From assembly GCA_037447435.1 (NCBI GenBank), contig JBBIGR010000066.1:1-16497 (forward strand): DNA of 16,497 bases, read 5' to 3'. Under the pieces are notes generated by a model. That model was not told where the DNA came from, made no database searches, and saw nothing but the letters and a program-made list of their open reading frames with translations. Made by a program: the position numbers and the translations under genes. The first letter of the stretch is position 1. The number at the start of each line of letters is the position of its first letter. Source of the stretch: Fibrobacteria bacterium (GTDB taxonomy: Bacteria > Fibrobacterota > Chitinivibrionia > Chitinivibrionales > FEN-1185). Below are positions 15,753 to 16,497 of the stretch, piece after piece.

Positions 15753-16124
15753 ATGGCACAAATGTCTATTGCAAAAGTTGTTATGAGGAGCGTGTTGTCG
15801 CGCCCGGCGACAAGATTGTATCCGTTTGAAAAACGTCCGTTTTACAAAAACACTCGCGGAAGCATTTCGATTGATATTTCAAAATGCATTTTCTGCTCTA
15901 TATGTCAAAAAAAATGCCCTACTGACGCGATCATTGTAAAAAAAGACGAAAAATCTTGGGAAATCAATCGATTGAGATGTATAACGTGCAATGCGTGCGT
16001 TGATGCATGTCCCAAAAAATGTTTGAACATGGAAAACATGTATTCTCCGGGTGTCGTGCAAAAAGGCGCGGACGACAAATTCACTCAGGAAGCTAAACCT
16101 CAGTCGGACATTCCGCAGCAGTAA
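15753..16124 (+). CDS. echF: Ech hydrogenase subunit F (2x[4Fe-4S], NuoI-like)
   Basis: PATRLYP..KR.....RG, CIFCSICQKKCP and CITCNACVDACP. Start placed at ATG 15753, 2 nt after the echE stop. Confidence 0.92.
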   Translation: MAQMSIAKVVMRSVLSRPATRLYPFEKRPFYKNTRGSISIDISKCIFCSICQKKCPTDAIIVKKDEKSWEINRLRCITCNACVDACPKKCLNMENMYSPGVVQKGADDKFTQEAKPQSDIPQQ

Positions 16125-16144
16125 GATACGTTTCAAAGGGTTTT

Positions 16145-16181
16145 AAAAAGGCATTTCTTGAAAAAGGAATGCCTTTTTTTT
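16145..16181 (+). terminator. Rho-independent terminator of the ech operon
   Basis: GGCATTTCTT-GAAA-AAGGAATGCC: 10-bp stem with GNRA loop, followed by T8 and preceded by A5. Confidence 0.9.
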
Positions 16182-16189
16182 GTTCGTTT

Positions 16190-16205
16190 TGTGACCGCTA
16201 TCACA
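16190..16205. promoter_or_regulatory. Perfect CRP/FNR-family-type palindrome TGTGA-CCGCTA-TCACA
   Basis: 10/10 match to TGTGA-N6-TCACA with TTT flank, between the ech terminator and the lipoprotein gene. -10-like hexamers follow at 16228 (TATATT) and 16250 (TATACT). Confidence 0.6.
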
Positions 16206-16280
16206 TTTATTATATTTCGTAAGGACGTATATTATTTTTAGAAACCGTTTATACTATTTTGACATTACGGAAAGGCTATT

Positions 16281-16484
16281 ATGCAAATATCAACCCGGTT
16301 ACGGATTACGGCACTTGCGTGCACGGCGATGTTTATGTTTTGTACGAACCCTGAAAATCCCTTCGTCGATACAAATAATGTCAAGATTACCGTTGTTGCC
16401 CAAAACGCTCAAAAGCAATTAAGTCCCGGAACTTCCGTAAGCGATACCGGCGCGTTTTTGAGTCAATGTCCGATTTTAGTTTAA
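16281..16484 (+). CDS. Putative lipoprotein, probably a truncated or interrupted N-terminal fragment
   Basis: GAAAGG SD; basic N-region, hydrophobic stretch and Cys21 (MFMF-C-TNPENPF) suggest an SPII lipoprotein. Stops after only 67 aa, 13 nt from the window end. Confidence 0.55.
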   Translation: MQISTRLRITALACTAMFMFCTNPENPFVDTNNVKITVVAQNAQKQLSPGTSVSDTGAFLSQCPILV

Positions 16485-16497
16485 ATTAATCTCAAAC

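Noticed and set aside
11097..16124. NADH dehydrogenase I, Ehr, Hyc/Hyf or Coo complex
   Set aside because: Large subunit retains both Ni-binding CxxC motifs, and the six-gene order and sizes match EchABCDEF. No fdh, cooS or extra antiporter subunits are present.
228..16136. Many 60-135 aa antisense or alternate-frame ORFs in the track
   Set aside because: They lie wholly or mostly within well-supported genes and show no motifs; treated as shadow ORFs.
1..16497. CRISPR array, tRNA/rRNA, transposase, integrase or defence genes
   Set aside because: No regularly spaced repeats, cloverleafs or recognisable catalytic motifs seen.

Overview
AT-rich bacterial chromosomal window, probably from a diderm anaerobic polysaccharide degrader. 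A T9SS-type C-terminal domain, a lipoprotein and an Ech hydrogenase suggest Fibrobacterota or a related FCB lineage; this is inference only. Left to right: (1) a minus-strand pair, a secreted clan GH-A (GH30-like) glycoside hydrolase followed by a secreted protein that runs off the left edge; (2) a very AT-rich divergent promoter region; (3) a chemoreceptor (MCP) with a periplasmic CxxCH heme-c motif; (4) a co-directional sulfur/cofactor cluster bioB-metA-cysE-thiS-thiG-thiH; (5) small genes: DUF6429-like, an unlisted 36-aa Lys-rich ORF, a PAP2 phosphatase and arfB; (6) a complete echABCDEF [NiFe]-hydrogenase operon with terminator; (7) the start of a lipoprotein gene that appears cut near the right edge. 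Main observations: BioB has a non-canonical auxiliary Fe-S ligand set (His for Cys128, Lys for Arg260, extra Cys) and clusters with both O-acetyl-amino-acid synthases and a ThiS sulfur carrier, with no thiF, bioADF or sulfhydrylase in the window. thiG has no ATG/GTG/TTG before its conserved N-terminus, so it probably starts at CTG. A TGTGA-N6-TCACA-type operator lies in the -35/-10 spacer of both the heme-MCP and ech candidate promoters. All family assignments come from motif recognition; no database search was run.
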